A stretch of DNA of 63,798 nucleotides, the filler included, from Octopus bimaculoides (Eukaryota): NCBI RefSeq assembly GCF_001194135.2. It is 4 parts of 4 records of this genome, joined end to end, with 100 filler letters (N's around TTAATTAATTAA, not from the genome) between each part and the next. Parts side by side here need not be neighbours in the genome. Positions count along the whole stretch, not along the records: positions 60,867 to 63,798 come from NC_068996.1; 3 more parts are not named here. The stretch is one strand, 5' to 3'. How positions within the stretch are numbered: the first letter of the stretch is position 1; each line of letters opens with the position of its first letter. Positions 61,276 to 63,798 of this stretch are shown piece by piece. The notes beneath the pieces were generated by a model. It saw only the letters and a program-made list of their open reading frames with translations. It searched no databases and was not told the origin of the DNA. A program made the translations under genes and the position numbers.

Positions 61276-63567
61276 TATGAGTAGATGTGTAAGTGTACAT
61301 GTTTGCACCTCCTTGTATATTCATTACACATGAACTATAAACAAAAATCTCACAAGCAGTGTCAAGAGTTTGCAATCTTTTAAAGGACTAAAGGCAATAT
61401 TAACTTCCTTGAAAATGGGTGAGGGTTGAGGATTTCATGGACCCAAGCAAAGGTGGAAAAGTGGACAGTAAAATGATGATTTTATAAATGTGTGTGGTGT
61501 GTGTGTGTGTGTGTACATATCAAGTAAGAATAATTCCCAGGCAGCACTGGAATCTTGAGCTCTCTATTAATATAATTATAATAATGGTCTTGCAAGATTA
61601 TCATAATGGTCCTGCCATTAGGTATTTGATCTCAACATAATTCATTGGAGATTTATCTGCAATAAGAACCAGATCTTGTATTGAATCTGTTCTGTTATTA
61701 CTTCAAACCATAAATATAAAGAATAAAATCTAGTAAAATATTTTGGAATGTTCATTATTAGTGCAAAAAGATAGCTAAATATTTTACCTATGAAACTAGA
61801 ACCAACTGGAAATATATCAAAGAGCTTGGAATTTATATGCTGCTCCGGTGGAAATGTTTTAACTTATTCCACATTGAATTCAGTAAAAACAGCAATATCA
61901 AGACATAATATGAAACCACCACCTATCTGTGACTGTGGAATTGTATAAACCATCAGTCTCCTGCTGGTTAATCCATTTTGGATTTCCCTTTATGTCTGGA
62001 CAAATTGCGAAATAACACAATGTGCAAGATTGTATAAACAAACAAAATTTTGATATAGACATGAAATGACAATGTTTAATAATAAAAATAAAAAGCAAGT
62101 GAGCAGAGACAGACACCCAGAGGTTGATTATGCATAAATGGATTAAATATTCTTCAGTGAATTTGCAAAACGTTTAAGGGTTAACAATATTCACATAGAA
62201 GAATTTGATCACTTCTCATGAATCATTCATATATACACTGACTTTCACAGCCTGAGACTAGGTCAACCCAGTGCAAAGTAATTTTGGATTGTATTTGGCC
62301 AAGAGTTTCTCAGTCATCTCATTCATGACAGGTGAGTATATTTGTAAATATAAAGAATTTAACAGGAATTGAAAACGAAACAAATACTTAACAAGAAGCA
62401 GTTGAAATACAAATAAATCAGTGGATAAAAACATACTCATATCAGTTACATGTATTACCTATGTGTGTGTAGTGTATATATATATGTGATGAATGTGTAT
62501 GTGAGAGAACATGTGCATAATGTAATGCATACACACATACACATGCATGCATACCACCTTATCTGGTCATTGTTTGATCACATACTTCAATACACACACA
62601 CGCAAGAGTGTGGTCTAGTTGGCAAGGTACAAGTCTCATATCTGCAATGTTAACAGATAAGTCATCAGATTATGCTACATGAACTTTTGAGTAAAATACT
62701 TTATTTTCCATAAACTTTCAATGCACTTGAAATGAAACAACAACAGATGGTATAGGAGTTTCAATTGCAATGAAACAGTATCCGGTTCAGAAGATAATCT
62801 CAATCTCTTAATTGTCACAGAAACCAGGAAAATCCAGCTCACTCAGGGAACAGGCTTGAAACAGATTTTAACTTCATTTGTGTGTGTGCGTGTGCATGTG
62901 TTAGAAACTTGGTTTTGGGGGTTGAAAATACACCTGAGTCTTTAAAGCAAATTGTAATTTAAATTTTTTTTAACAAATTCATTAAAATACCTTATCTGTC
63001 TCAATGATCTTTCAGTTTTTCAATGGTATATAAAAAAAGTTTTAGAGAGATTGATGGCACAAGAGAAATTTTGGAAAATAAAATCTTCATACAAATTCCA
63101 ATATTCAATGAATTCCCAAGAAATGGACAATAATAAAAGTTCAAATGTCCGATGAGTTTTTTATAACAGTCATACCTCTTTTTCACTTTTCTTTTTTTTT
63201 TTTTAAACTTCATTTTATCTAATTGTTAATATAATTCATTGCCATTGGACTCTCAATCAAGCATGATTGTAAGAAAATTCATTAAACATTTGAATTTTGT
63301 GTTTTTAAGCATATTTTTCAAAATGTTGTCTTGTACCTTCATCTCTCCTAAGCTTTTTTTTTTTATTTATGATTGAAAAATAAAAATTGTTGAAACTAGT
63401 ATGGTAGTTTAATAAATTTGTTTTAAAAAATTAAAACTACAATTTGTTTTAAGTCTCTGGTGCATTTTCAACCCTCAAGACCAACTCTTCTACATTCTTT
63501 CCGGCATAGAAATAAACCTCTTTCTCCACCTTCTTTCTTTCATATATACATACATACATATATATAT

Positions 63568-63798
63568 CATCATCATCATCATCATCGTTTAACGTCCGCT
63601 TTCCATGCTAGCATGGGTTGGACGATTTGACTGAGGACTGGTGAAACCGGATGGCAACACCAGGCTCCAGTCTGATTTGGCAGAGTTTCTACAGCTGGAT
63701 GCCCTTCCTAACGCCAACCACTCAGAGAGTGTAGTGGGTGCTTTTACGTGTCACCCGCACGAAAACGGCCACGCTCGAAATGGTGTCTTTTATGTGCC
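63568..63798 (-). mobile_element. RTE-tail repeat (family D), young copy at the window end
   Basis: 231 bp identical to 32303-32533. Confidence 0.9.

Noticed and set aside
61925-62000. Minus-strand candidate exon DIKGNPKWINQQETDGLYNSTVTDR
   Set aside because: Weak donor (GTGGTG), no recognisable domain and no partner exons.

Overview
AT-rich, gap-ridden eukaryotic scaffold dominated by microsatellites and interspersed repeats. The SINE families look like those I recall from cephalopods, so Octopus is likely, but this is inference. No complete host gene is present. The best host-gene evidence is a minus-strand signal-peptide exon at 15263-15408, possibly an alpha2delta-type calcium-channel subunit. 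Mobile DNA includes a decayed Penelope-like element (RT plus two different GIY-YIG domains, Naiad-type), RTE, CR1-group and RLE-type LINE fragments, a deleted Ty3/Gypsy element with short LTR-like repeats, a mariner remnant, MITEs and foldbacks, and about 25 copies of tRNA-derived SINEs. The most interesting signal is a set of minimal type I hammerhead ribozyme motifs: one near-intact at 30919-30972, a tandem pair in a roughly 351-bp repeat with retrozyme-like architecture at 55618-57126, a divergent relative at 26707-26754, and decayed motifs at about 42455 and 53122. Coordinates of decayed repeats are approximate (about +/-10-20 bp). All homology calls come from reading motifs by eye, not from database searches.
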